Below, in pieces: positions 40,385-49,659 of a stretch of DNA of 64,000 nt. Numbering within the stretch: the stretch's first letter is position 1; the number at the start of each line of letters is the position of its first letter. The notes beneath the pieces are model-generated. The model saw nothing but the letters and a program-made list of their open reading frames with translations. It had not been told where the DNA came from and ran no database searches. This DNA comes from Candidatus Krumholzibacteriota bacterium (GTDB taxonomy: Bacteria > Krumholzibacteriota > Krumholzibacteriia > JAJRXK01): assembly GCA_963764625.1 (NCBI GenBank), contig CAVXTH010000009.1:224001-288000 (forward strand), written 5' to 3'. A program made the position numbers and the translations under genes.

Positions 40385-40552
40385 GAGATCCTCCTTGTGA
40401 AACACGAGTGTAATGCCGGGGCCACGAGAAGTGGCACTCCATGCTAGTCCTCCGCGCCCTCGGCGACAAGCCCAGCTCGGATTCGCCTTGACCTTCCAGC
40501 GGTGGCGACCAACGTGGAAGAAGCGCGATTATCCCCATTCCCCCGTCGTGTC

Positions 40553-41218
40553 ATGTCCGGGCAATCCTCTCCCCTGCGGCAACGCAGCCCCCACGGCCAG
40601 AAGACGCGCCAGAAGCTGCTGAGCGCCGCGCTCGCGCTCATGGAGCGGCACAATTTCGACGAGATCCGAATCGTGGACCTGACACGCAAGGCGGGCACCT
40701 CGACCGGCTCGTTCCACTACTACTTCAAGGACAAGGACGAGCTCTTCGACGCCCTCATCGAGCAAGAGGCGGAACACCGGATCTCGATGGTGGTTCGACG
40801 CATTCAGGAGCGCGACTGGAGTGGAGTTTCGCTCCCCGGACGGGCTCGGATCTTCTTTTCGGCCGTTTTGAGGATGCACCGCAAGGAACTGGGGTTCACC
40901 CGGGCCCGTGCCCTGCGCACCTTCACCGGGCACGGCCACTGGTACAAGGGCGCCGAGGGGGAGGCCTTCGATCAGCCGATGCAGCTCATCGACGAGTGGC
41001 TGAGCGAGAGCCCGGAGCTCGTCGAGCGCCCCGATCGTCTACGCGCGGTGCAGATCGGACTCAGTTTCAGCCTGGCGGTCCTCAGTGAGTTCGTGGTCTT
41101 CCCCGAGACGCGCCGCGCCGCCCTGAAGGCGATGGGCGATGAGGAACTCCTGGAGGCTCTCGTGCTCGCCTTGGTGTCCTTCCTGCAGGCGCCAGCCTCC
41201 CATTTGATCGCGCCCTGA
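40553..41218 (+). CDS. TetR/AcrR-family transcriptional regulator
   Basis: TRQKLLSAA...IVDLTRKAGTSTGSFHYYFKDKDELF. Confidence 0.9.
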   Translation: MSGQSSPLRQRSPHGQKTRQKLLSAALALMERHNFDEIRIVDLTRKAGTSTGSFHYYFKDKDELFDALIEQEAEHRISMVVRRIQERDWSGVSLPGRARIFFSAVLRMHRKELGFTRARALRTFTGHGHWYKGAEGEAFDQPMQLIDEWLSESPELVERPDRLRAVQIGLSFSLAVLSEFVVFPETRRAALKAMGDEELLEALVLALVSFLQAPASHLIAP

Positions 41219-41352
41219 GCCTGGCTCGAAACGGTGCCCCGTCCGGCGGGCTTGCGCTACACTTCGCTCTGGAGTTTCGTGGGGTTCGGCTCGATTTCGC
41301 GCTTTTGCCCCTCGAGCTGCTGAATCCACCGCGGTTGGAGGATGGTGCCGCG

Positions 41353-42279
41353 ATGTCCGAGCGATCGCAAAGCTTTAGTGTCCTGGAGGCCGACGAGGGC
41401 CTTCGGCTGGACCTGTTTCTCACGCGCCATCTGGGGATCTCGCGCCGTGCCGCCCAAAGGTTGGTCGAGGACCAGAGCGTGCGGGTGGAGGGGAAGTGTG
41501 CGTCCAAGGGTCTGGCCCTGAAAGGCGGGTGGAGAGTGGACGTGGCCGCGTATCAGGCCCCTGGCTCCGAGGAGATTCTGCCTTTTGTCGGTGAGGAAGT
41601 AGAGATCCTGGCCGAAGACAGCGGGTGGATTGCAGTGGACAAGCCGGCGGGGATGCCGGTGCACCCTCTGCGGGAGGACGAGAGCACCACCGCTCTGAAC
41701 TTCGTGGCCTCGCGCTTTGCCGGAATCTACGGAGTGGGCGAGGGGGGCTTGCGCAGCGGAGTGGTACACCGCCTGGACGTGGACACCTCGGGGGTTCTCC
41801 TGTTCGCTACCGAGGAGAGGACGTGGAAACATCTACGGGCTGCGTTCAGTGCGCACCGCACCGAGAAGGTGTACCAGGCTCTGGTCAAGGGTCGTTTCGA
41901 GCGGCCGACCAAAGCGCGGCTCGACCTGAGAGTGGCGCAGCATAGCCCCGCGCGTGTCGAGGTCGTGCCGGAGGGACGGGATCAATCGGGGAGCCGGAGG
42001 TGCCTGACCTACCTCGAGCCCCTCGAAGTCTTTCCCTCGGCCACTCTCGTCCAGGCGCGCCCGGTGAGCGGTTTCCTGCACCAGATCCGCGTTTCCCTCG
42101 CCCACCTCGGACATCCCTTGCTGGGAGATGCGATCTACGGAAGCAAGGAAACGCATTACCCACGGCACCTTCTCCACGCGAGTTTGCTGCATCTCGACGA
42201 AATCCTGGTCGAAAGCGCTCTCCCCTCCGATTTTCAGGCAGTGCTGGAGAAGCTCCGCCAGGACACTCCGCGGCCCTGA
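41353..42279 (+). CDS. rluD: RluA-family pseudouridine synthase with S4 domain (RluD-like)
   Basis: RLDLFL S4 domain, DKPAGMPVHP, VHRLDVDTSG, HQIRV..HLGHPLLGD. Confidence 0.85.
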   Translation: MSERSQSFSVLEADEGLRLDLFLTRHLGISRRAAQRLVEDQSVRVEGKCASKGLALKGGWRVDVAAYQAPGSEEILPFVGEEVEILAEDSGWIAVDKPAGMPVHPLREDESTTALNFVASRFAGIYGVGEGGLRSGVVHRLDVDTSGVLLFATEERTWKHLRAAFSAHRTEKVYQALVKGRFERPTKARLDLRVAQHSPARVEVVPEGRDQSGSRRCLTYLEPLEVFPSATLVQARPVSGFLHQIRVSLAHLGHPLLGDAIYGSKETHYPRHLLHASLLHLDEILVESALPSDFQAVLEKLRQDTPRP

Positions 42280-42361
42280 GCCAAAGGGAACGGGAAAGCG
42301 TTGCGCGCGGGCGACCGGCGTGCCAGTGTGGCCATGGAGTCTTTCCCCGGAGCGTGGTTGC

Positions 42362-43402
42362 ATGTCCAAGAGCGAGGCGCTTGCCGTCGCGGTGGTCGGT
42401 GTGGGACGGATGGGTCACCATCACGCCAGGATCTACCACGAGCTGGACACCGCCCGGCTGGTGGCGGTGGTGGACCGCGACCCGGAACGCGCACAAACCG
42501 TCGCGCGCGAATTCGGCTGTTCCGCGTACTCGAGTCTATCGGAGTTGCTGGACGCGCAAGAGAGTCTGGCCGCGGTGAGCGTGGTGACGCCGACGCACCA
42601 TCATGGCGAGGCGGCGAAGATGCTCTTGCCACGCAAGATCGCTTGTCTCATCGAGAAGCCGCTGGCCGACTCCTCGAGGGAAGCTGGCGTCATCGCCCGG
42701 CTGGCCGCCGAGCATTCCGTGATTTGTCAGGTCGGACACACCGAGCGATTCAATCCCGCGGTTCGTGCGGTGTCGGAGATGAATCTGCGTCCCCGCTTCA
42801 TCGAGATCGACCGGGTGGCGCCCATGAGTTTTCGTTCGGTGGACGTGGGGGTGGTGTTCGACTTGATGATCCACGATCTGGACATCGTATTGATGATGTG
42901 TCCCTCGGCTCTGGTCGAGGTTCGCGCGGTGGGAGTGGGGGTCCTCACCGAGAACGAGGATGTCGCTAACGCGCGATTGATCTTCGAGGACGGCTGCGTG
43001 GCCAATCTGACGGTCTCCAGGCTTGCCCTGAAGACCGAACGCAAGCTGCGCGTGTTCAGTGAATCGGTGTATCTGACCATGGACTTCGCGAAACGTACCG
43101 GCGTCTTGATGTCCATGGTGGATAATCGCGAAGCGCTGGAGTCCGTGCGCGCCAAGCTCCGCCGCGGGGAGGATCTCTCCAGCCTGGACTACATGGCCCT
43201 GGTGAAGATGCAGCCTCTCCAGATGGACGAAGAGGAACCTCTCAAAGCCGAGCTCAGCCACTTCCTCTCCTGCGTGCGCGACGGTCAAAAGCCCAGGGTC
43301 GACGCCGAAGCCGGGCGCGCGGCGGTGGACGTCGCCGAGCGGGTGGTGCAGGCCCTGCGTTCGCACCATTGGGAAGGATTCGACGGTTCCACCCTGGTTT
43401 GA
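42362..43402 (+). CDS. Gfo/Idh/MocA oxidoreductase (GnnA-like UDP-GlcNAc 3-dehydrogenase possible)
   Basis: VGVGRMGHHH, IEKP, VGHTERFNPA, DLMIHDLD. Confidence 0.88.
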   Translation: MSKSEALAVAVVGVGRMGHHHARIYHELDTARLVAVVDRDPERAQTVAREFGCSAYSSLSELLDAQESLAAVSVVTPTHHHGEAAKMLLPRKIACLIEKPLADSSREAGVIARLAAEHSVICQVGHTERFNPAVRAVSEMNLRPRFIEIDRVAPMSFRSVDVGVVFDLMIHDLDIVLMMCPSALVEVRAVGVGVLTENEDVANARLIFEDGCVANLTVSRLALKTERKLRVFSESVYLTMDFAKRTGVLMSMVDNREALESVRAKLRRGEDLSSLDYMALVKMQPLQMDEEEPLKAELSHFLSCVRDGQKPRVDAEAGRAAVDVAERVVQALRSHHWEGFDGSTLV

Positions 43403-43453
43403 TCCCCTCCCGCTTTGAGCCGCGGGACCCGTTTCTTCCGCTTCGGGTTCGCG

Positions 43454-43469
43454 TGGCACTGAGATTGCT
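43454..43469 (+). promoter_or_regulatory. sigma54 (-24/-12) promoter upstream of fliA
   Basis: TGGCAC-TGAGA-TTGCT, perfect consensus and spacing. Confidence 0.8.
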
Positions 43470-43502
43470 TGTTCTTGCACAACCTGTCCCCTGGCCAGAG
43501 AA

Positions 43503-44309
43503 ATGTGTGCAAGGACCTTGGAACTACCCGCGAAGGAAATCCGCTTTCGGTCTCAGCCGGCTCCTGGCCCGCGCTCAGAGACTTCGTCCGTCTCCGATGG
43601 CGAAGGACGCGAAGCCCTGGTCAGCGAGTACTCACCCCTCGTTGGTCGCATCGTTCGCAAGATCGCCTGGTGTCTGCCGGCCAAAATCGAAATGGCCGAT
43701 CTGATGGGTGCGGCCTGGTTGGGCCTCCTGGATGCAGCCGCGAAATTCGATCCAGAGAAGAGCCTACGCTTCGAGCCCTATGCGCGCATCCGCATTCAAG
43801 GCGCGATTCAAGACGAGCTGCGCACGCTGGATTGGGTCCCACGTTCGGTACGAAAGCAGCTTTCGGAGATTACCCGTACCTCACGTTTCCTCGAACAGGA
43901 ACTCGGCCGCGCGGCTCGCGAGGAGGAAGTAGCCGAGGCGCTGGGGATGGGGCTGCACGAATACTGGCGCATCACGGAGATCGCCCGCCTAGTCAATCTC
44001 ATGCAAAAGGGTAAATCTGAGGACGCTTGGGCCCATATCTCTCCGGAGTTCACGGAACTCGGTTCAAGTGGCCAGGAGGGCGATACCATCGGGTCGACGG
44101 AGATCAAGAGTCTATGGGAAGCCATCGAGCATGCCCTGCCAGAGCTTCCACCGAACGAACAGACGGTGCTTCGGCTCCACTACTTCGAAGGCAAGAAACT
44201 GAAAGAGATTGGTCAGGTTCTGAGCTTGAGCGAGAGCCGCATATCTCAGGTGCGAACGAAGGCCTTGAAAACTCTGAGGTCCCGCTTTCAGAGCCTGCTC
44301 GAAAGCTGA
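43503..44309 (+). CDS. fliA: FliA/WhiG-family (sigma28) RNA polymerase sigma factor
   Basis: GLLDAAAKFDP..FEPYARIRIQGAIQDELRTLDWVPRSVR; region 4 LKEIGQVLSLSESRISQ; start uncertain. Confidence 0.9.
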   Translation: MCARTLELPAKEIRFRSQPAPGPRSETSSVSDGEGREALVSEYSPLVGRIVRKIAWCLPAKIEMADLMGAAWLGLLDAAAKFDPEKSLRFEPYARIRIQGAIQDELRTLDWVPRSVRKQLSEITRTSRFLEQELGRAAREEEVAEALGMGLHEYWRITEIARLVNLMQKGKSEDAWAHISPEFTELGSSGQEGDTIGSTEIKSLWEAIEHALPELPPNEQTVLRLHYFEGKKLKEIGQVLSLSESRISQVRTKALKTLRSRFQSLLES

Positions 44310-44328
44310 CGCGCGAGCGTGGCTTGGC

Positions 44329-46017
44329 TCAGGTGGGGCGCGTCAGACCCAACTTCCTCATCCGTGAGTACAGCGTGCTCGGATTGAGTTGCAAGCGCTC
44401 GGCTGCGTTGCCCTTTCCCTTGACGCGCCAGTTACAGGCGCGCAGAACGCGGGCGATGTGCTTGCGTTCCGTCTCCTGAAGGCTCTCGACCGAAGCATTA
44501 TTCGCCGCGGAGCTCAACCGCGAGACGAGGACGTAGGGAAGTGAGAGAGTGTTCCCGGAAGAGAAGACCGCGGCGCACTCGATCAGGTTCTCCAGTTCGC
44601 GCACATTCCCCGGCCAGTCATAGGCTATGAAGGACTCCATCAATTCATTGGGCACGGTCAGGACAGCCCTTCCCAGCTTGCGTGAGGTCTTTTCCAGGAA
44701 GTGGTGTACCAGGATCGGGATGTCCTCCCGGCGATTGCGCAGCGGCGGAATCTCGATGGGAAAGACGCTCAGACGGTAATACAGATCGGGACGGAAATCG
44801 CCGGTTCGCATCGCCTCATCCAGGGGTCGATTGGTCGCCGCGATGACGCGCACGTCGACCGTCTGCATCTCGGTGGACCCGATCCGCACGAACTCACCCT
44901 CCTGAAGCACCCGCAGGAGCTTCGCCTGGAGCTCGATGGGAAGATCTCCAATCTCGTCGAGGAAGATCGTCCCACCGTCCGCGAGTTCGAAGAGACCCAG
45001 TTTGCGCTGGATCGCCCCGGTAAAGGCCCCTTTTTCGTGCCCGAAGAGCTCACTCTCGATCAGAGTGGGAGGTAGCGCCCCACAGTCCACTTTCACCATG
45101 AGCCGATCCGCGCGCAGGCTCGAGCGGTGGACGGCTCGCGCGACGAGCTCCTTGCCGGTGCCGGTCTCACCCAGAATGAGAACGGTGGAATGGGTGGGCG
45201 CGACGCGGGAGACGTGATGGTAGATCGTTCGGATCGCCCGATTTCCCCCCACGAGTTCCTGGGAGGCGCGTGCGTGTGCCTCCTGCTCTCGCGCGTAGAG
45301 CGATCCTGCCTTGGAGCGGCTGCGCATCACGGCCAGCTCCTCGAGCGCTTCGAGGTCGGCATCGAACACGAGTTCCGCGGCATAGGAAGCGACGGTGCGA
45401 AAGCGTCCCTCGCTCTCTTTCAAGAGTTCAATCGTCTGCTGTTGCTGCAGAGCGCCGGTAATCAATTGCGAGGCTTTGCCCAGCATCTCGACTTCGACCG
45501 GATGCCAGCGGCGATTGGCGCTGGTGCAGCCGAAGCCCAACGAGCCCATCAGCTCATTCTCCACCGACATGGGGATTGCCACGAACGAGACGAGGCCGAG
45601 AGCCTTGATGAGACGCCGATCGATCGTTGCCTCCTTGGGCATCGAGCGCGTGTTATCCACGACGACCGGCTTCATCTTGTTGTGGAGCTGCATGCCCCAG
45701 GGAAACCATTTGGACTTGAGGTCTCGCAGGAGCTTGGTCCGCGCGGGAGTACTCTCGCCCCAATAGAGGTACCGCAGCACGAGCTTCTGCTTGTCCGGAG
45801 GATAGAGGCACACGAACCCGGCATCACAGCCGAGGGCGAGCGCGATCTTCTTGAGAGCGAATTTGATGGCGTACGGCGTGTCATCCGCGCTGAGGCCCAC
45901 GAACTCGATCGCGGTCTCCAGGAGGAGTCGGTCGAGTCTCGAACTGGCCCCGGCGGGAGGCCCCGATTCCTCACTCCGCGGCATGGCAGGGCTCGAAACG
46001 GGAGATCGGGGATCCAC
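44329..46017 (-). CDS. sigma54-dependent enhancer-binding protein (GAF-AAA+-Fis HTH, FhlA-like)
   Basis: GETGTGKE, ESELFGHEKGAFTGA, FLDEIG, FRPDLYYRL, WPGNVREL, C-terminal HTH; N-terminal GAF; start uncertain. Confidence 0.93.
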   Translation of the reverse strand: MDPRSPVSSPAMPRSEESGPPAGASSRLDRLLLETAIEFVGLSADDTPYAIKFALKKIALALGCDAGFVCLYPPDKQKLVLRYLYWGESTPARTKLLRDLKSKWFPWGMQLHNKMKPVVVDNTRSMPKEATIDRRLIKALGLVSFVAIPMSVENELMGSLGFGCTSANRRWHPVEVEMLGKASQLITGALQQQQTIELLKESEGRFRTVASYAAELVFDADLEALEELAVMRSRSKAGSLYAREQEAHARASQELVGGNRAIRTIYHHVSRVAPTHSTVLILGETGTGKELVARAVHRSSLRADRLMVKVDCGALPPTLIESELFGHEKGAFTGAIQRKLGLFELADGGTIFLDEIGDLPIELQAKLLRVLQEGEFVRIGSTEMQTVDVRVIAATNRPLDEAMRTGDFRPDLYYRLSVFPIEIPPLRNRREDIPILVHHFLEKTSRKLGRAVLTVPNELMESFIAYDWPGNVRELENLIECAAVFSSGNTLSLPYVLVSRLSSAANNASVESLQETERKHIARVLRACNWRVKGKGNAAERLQLNPSTLYSRMRKLGLTRPT

Positions 46018-46125
46018 TGGTTCCTCTTCTCTGCCTCTGGCCCGGCGAGGGGCACTTAGGACGACCTTCACGGTCGGGCGACGGGCTCGGCCCCAGAAAA
46101 CACCCCACGCCCCCATCCGTAAAGA

Positions 46126-46270
46126 CGAAATATCAACCCTGCATTCGTGCGAAATATCGCCCTTTTCGGGGGTGCGCGATTTTTCCCATCGGCACGTATT
46201 TTCTAACTTATTGAAAATACATGAGATCACTGTATTTCTGAGGACTGGATTCCGTGGCATCCGGCGTGCA
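46126..46270 (+). promoter_or_regulatory. sigma54 promoter with upstream activator repeats and an IHF-like site
   Basis: CGAAATATC at 46126 and 46150; TAACTTATTGAAA at 46204 (IHF-like); TGGCAT-CCGGC-GTGCA at 46255-46270. Confidence 0.7.
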
Positions 46271-46277
46271 GACTAAA

Positions 46278-46511
46278 CGGATGCCCGCCGATTCGTGAGG
46301 GGGAGAAACTCGGCGTTCTGGGTGCCTTAAAGTGCTGGAAGCCTTGAAGTCACACCCTGAAACCGGGTTCTCCCCCTCGAAGTTCTTCCATCGGCCGGGC
46401 AGTTCCGGGAAGGCCGGGCGACGGCCATCGCTGCGTGGAGCAAACCACGGGCCGTATTCCCCTTCAGGTCTCCTCCGCTCGGGGCATCCTCAGATGCCCC
46501 GAGTCTTTTTT
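46278..46511 (+). ncRNA. Candidate sigma54-dependent structured small RNA (~230 nt)
   Basis: Starts just after the -24/-12 promoter; long rod hairpin 46278-46407, second hairpin, then intrinsic terminator; no convincing ORF. Confidence 0.6.
46477..46511 (+). terminator. Rho-independent terminator
   Basis: CTCGGGGCATC-CTCA-GATGCCCCGAG followed by TCTTTTTT. Confidence 0.85.
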
Positions 46512-46631
46512 GCGCCTCTTTGGCTGGGTCCGAGGATCTAGCGCCTTGACGCGGCCTCCACCGAGTCCATGATGGCACGAGCTCGGGTGAGACACGGGCT
46601 CGGGATGCATTCCGCCGCGCACGAGGTGTTC

Positions 46632-47768
46632 ATGTCGGGAATTTCGTCAACTCTCATGTTGACGGCTGTCGAGGTATTGGACGAGACCGTCGTCATCACC
46701 GATCTCGCGGGTGACATCCGGTACGTGAATGCCGCGTTCGAAACCATCACCGGGTACTCGCGCGACGAGGTGCTGGGACGCAACACGCGCATTCTCAAGA
46801 GCGGTCAACATACCCCCGCATTCTACCAGGAACTCTGGTCCACGATTTCACGCGGTGAAGTGTGGCGGGGCAGAATGATCAATAAGAAGAAGGACGGCAC
46901 GCTCTACGAGGAGAAGGCAACCATCTCGCCGGTACGTGACGAGAAGGGCCGGGTCGCGAGCTTCGTCGCGGTGAAATTCGATCTGAGTCGCGAGCTCCGG
47001 CTCCAGGATGAGCTGCGCCACGCGCAAAAGATGGAAGCGCTGGGACAGATGGCCGAGGGAATCACCCGCGACTTCAACAACATCCTGCAGATCATTCTCG
47101 GGCACGTCTACTTCGCCCAGGAGGGTCTCGATCCTTCCTCGATCCGCTTCGCGGATCTGGAGAAGATTCGCCGGGCGGCCGAATCCGCCGCGGAACTGAC
47201 CGGCCGTCTCATGGCTTTTGGTCGCAGCGAGATCATCCGCTTCGAAGAGCTCTCGCTCAACGAAGTGGTCGGAGATTCCGTTCAGCTTCTGCGCCGCGTG
47301 GTTCGCGAGAATATACGGGTCGAGTTTTCGCCCGGCGAGGCAGTGGAACGCGTGATCGCGGACGCCAATCAGATTCAGCAACTCGTCCTCAATTTGGCGC
47401 TGAACGCCCAGGACGCGATGCCGAAGGGCGGGACCATCGAAGTCAGCACCGGTACTCTTTCGATCGAGAATGCAGATGGGTCTGAACATCGCGCTGGCAA
47501 AGGCGGCCGGCGTGCGTTTCTTCGGGTCAAGGACGATGGAATCGGAATGGACCGGGTGACGCAGGAGCACATTTTCGACCCCTTCTTCACCACCAAGGGC
47601 CTCGGGTTGGGTGTGGGCCTGGGACTCGCCACGGTGTACGGTATCGTGCAACAGCACGGCGGGGAGATCCGGGTACGGAGCGCGTTGGGAGAAGGATCGG
47701 AATTTGAGATTCTCATACCGCTTAGGGAGGAGGGATTCGATGGCGAAAATTCTAGTGGTCGACGATGA
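46632..47768 (+). CDS. PAS-domain sensor histidine kinase-like protein lacking the phosphoacceptor His
   Basis: PAS (YVNAAFETITGYS..W.G...NKKKDG), H-box reads GITRDFNN, NLALNAQDA, DDGIGM, FDPFFTTK, GLGL. Confidence 0.88.
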   Translation: MSGISSTLMLTAVEVLDETVVITDLAGDIRYVNAAFETITGYSRDEVLGRNTRILKSGQHTPAFYQELWSTISRGEVWRGRMINKKKDGTLYEEKATISPVRDEKGRVASFVAVKFDLSRELRLQDELRHAQKMEALGQMAEGITRDFNNILQIILGHVYFAQEGLDPSSIRFADLEKIRRAAESAAELTGRLMAFGRSEIIRFEELSLNEVVGDSVQLLRRVVRENIRVEFSPGEAVERVIADANQIQQLVLNLALNAQDAMPKGGTIEVSTGTLSIENADGSEHRAGKGGRRAFLRVKDDGIGMDRVTQEHIFDPFFTTKGLGLGVGLGLATVYGIVQQHGGEIRVRSALGEGSEFEILIPLREEGFDGENSSGRR

Positions 47769-48117
47769 CGAACAGGTGCGCGATGTGTTCAAGCGGACGC
47801 TCGAAGCCCATGGTCACGAAGTGAGGGAAGCAGGCGATGGGCGGTCGGCGATGAGGTCGTACCGAGAGCAACCGGCGGACCTGGTGATTCTGGACATCAT
47901 CATGCCCGAACAGGATGGTCTGGAGACGATTCTCGATCTGAGGCGGGACTTTCCCGAGGCAAAGATCATCGCGATTTCCGGCGGCGGACGGGCCAGTGCT
48001 CAGGGCTACTTGCGGCCGGCGAAAATCTTGGGCGCTGACCGCGCGTATTCCAAGCCGCTGGCACCGAACGAGCTCCTTGCTGCGATCGAACAGCTCTTGA
48101 AAGAGGGCGATCGCTGA
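47740..48117 (+). CDS. Single-domain response regulator (receiver only)
   Basis: ILVVDDD, LDIIMP..DG, AISG, KP; own GGAGG RBS. Confidence 0.92.
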   Translation: MAKILVVDDDEQVRDVFKRTLEAHGHEVREAGDGRSAMRSYREQPADLVILDIIMPEQDGLETILDLRRDFPEAKIIAISGGGRASAQGYLRPAKILGADRAYSKPLAPNELLAAIEQLLKEGDR

Positions 48118-48158
48118 TCCGCTTCCCCGCGAGTCACACGCCGGCGCGAGTGCCTTGG

Positions 48159-49058
48159 TCAACCCACCAGAGCCGACTCCGGTTCGGTTTCCGGCTTGGG
48201 CTGAGCGCGCAAACTCTCGATCGTCTGCCGCATCCACTGGGCCTGCTCGTAGTGGCGAATCGAGTATTCCGCGATCTCCGCGAAGATCTTCAGGGCCGCC
48301 AGGTCCTCGTCGTCGTAGCGGGCGCCCGAGGTGTGGTTGGCCACGCTCAAGACTCCGGCCACTTCGTCGCGTACGATCAGGGGCGCGATCATCGAGGTGG
48401 AGATGCTGTCCTGCTTGCGCTCGTGTCCGGGGAATTCTTCCGGCGATACCTCGTCGCTCAGCAGAATCGCTTCTTTCTGCCGCGCCACTTTGCCTGAAAT
48501 CCCGCAGCCGAGCTTCTGGCGGGACCCGATCACCTTCTCGAGATTCGGATGGCCGATGGCCGACCTCACTTCGAGCTCCTGAGTGCGCGCATCGAGCAGC
48601 ATGAGCGAAACCCGTTCACTCTCGAAGACGTGCTTGCACATGCTGGTGATTCGATCGAAGACCATCTGCGGATCATTCGTGTCGGCCACGACCTGGCTTA
48701 CGCTGTAGAACGCGACGAGCCGGCTACGATGTCGGCGGCTTGTCTCGGCATTCTTCTCGCGTGCCTGGCGTAGATGGGAACGCAGCGCGAGGATCCGCCT
48801 CTGTTGATAGGTGAGATAGCCCGCGAGTAGGGCGACCATCAAGAAGAGGCCCACCAGAAGGACCACTTCGGTTCCTCCCCACGGCCACTGTCGATGGATG
48901 ATCCCCCGCAGGCTACGCATCGTCATGGCGAGTGCTCCGGTAGTGACCACCGACACCCCGACCAGGAGAAACCACAGCCTCCAGAACTGACGATCGAAGT
49001 AGTTGTCTTCGAATTGCGTAGTGTCTTTCCCGTTTGGAGTATTCAATTGCCTGTCCAT
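48159..49058 (-). CDS. Two-TM, coiled-coil, GAF-domain protein with no output domain
   Basis: Two hydrophobic helices; GAF motifs RVSLMLLD, GISGKVA, SMIAPL..GVLSV, YDDEDL. Confidence 0.8.
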   Translation of the reverse strand: MDRQLNTPNGKDTTQFEDNYFDRQFWRLWFLLVGVSVVTTGALAMTMRSLRGIIHRQWPWGGTEVVLLVGLFLMVALLAGYLTYQQRRILALRSHLRQAREKNAETSRRHRSRLVAFYSVSQVVADTNDPQMVFDRITSMCKHVFESERVSLMLLDARTQELEVRSAIGHPNLEKVIGSRQKLGCGISGKVARQKEAILLSDEVSPEEFPGHERKQDSISTSMIAPLIVRDEVAGVLSVANHTSGARYDDEDLAALKIFAEIAEYSIRHYEQAQWMRQTIESLRAQPKPETEPESALVG

Positions 49059-49552
49059 TCTAGTTGAAGAGTGGGAGTCATGCCCCCCGGTGGTGTGATC
49101 AGCTCGAAATGGGCGTGATCACCGCTCGCCAGCTGCTCGTGGTTGCAGCGCTCTACGAACGCCTGCAGCCAATCCACGTCGCGAATCTCCAGAACTCGTC
49201 GCGTGAGAGCTCCTTCTAACCCTTCGGCCAAGAACCGCGGGGTCAGCTCTATCCACTCGTGCTCCGCCATAGCGATCTTCGATGCGGAGGGCACGGAGAG
49301 CACTCTCGCCGTGGCGAGAGTCGTCCCCCGCATCCAAGGCTCGACTGCCCGCGCGACCCCGGACGATTCTTCGAGGAGGCACAGGAGAAGGGCGGCACCG
49401 ACGACCCACCTCAGGGAAGAGCACGAGTTGGAAACGGGACGCAGGGAAGCGAGGCAGGGAGCCTTTGCATCGTGGCCTTGCTCGCCTCTTGGTTGGACCC
49501 GTGACTGGGGATGAAACACCAGCATCTCGCGTGCTCCCCCTGAGGAGGTCAT
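49043..49552 (-). CDS. Hypothetical protein, possibly exported; start uncertain
   Basis: ORF overlaps the start of the GAF gene; signal-like VVGAALLLCLL..ARA segment; lies downstream of a sigma54-like promoter. Confidence 0.35.
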   Translation of the reverse strand: MTSSGGAREMLVFHPQSRVQPRGEQGHDAKAPCLASLRPVSNSCSSLRWVVGAALLLCLLEESSGVARAVEPWMRGTTLATARVLSVPSASKIAMAEHEWIELTPRFLAEGLEGALTRRVLEIRDVDWLQAFVERCNHEQLASGDHAHFELITPPGGMTPTLQLEWTGN

Positions 49553-49659
49553 GCGGTGCTGGAAGCCACGATGTCCTTCATGAAGAGAAATCGGTCAGTG
49601 GATCGAGAACTTGAGAGTTTTTTGGAGAATTTTACCACAAGATCTGGATCTCTTTTGAA

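Noticed and set aside
40432-40446. TGGCAC..TGCT as a sigma54 promoter before tetR
   Set aside because: GG-to-GC spacing is 2 nt too short
38570-40447. Long antisense or alternate-frame ORFs (also 7484-9328, 7659-9386, 10874-12601, 28520-30352, 56617-58272)
   Set aside because: Shadow ORFs overlapping well-supported genes, expected in high-GC DNA; no recognisable motifs
46278-46511. SRP RNA, 6S RNA, tRNA or c-di-GMP riboswitch identity for the structured RNA; 69-aa ORF at 46332-46541
   Set aside because: By eye it lacks the SRP domain IV, cloverleaf and GEMM consensus, and a sigma54 promoter does not suit a housekeeping RNA. The ORF has no RBS and runs through the terminator. An Rfam scan is still needed.
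47700-47770. Frameshifted hybrid kinase (kinase plus receiver)
   Set aside because: The receiver has its own strong GGAGG RBS and ATG; a simple gene overlap
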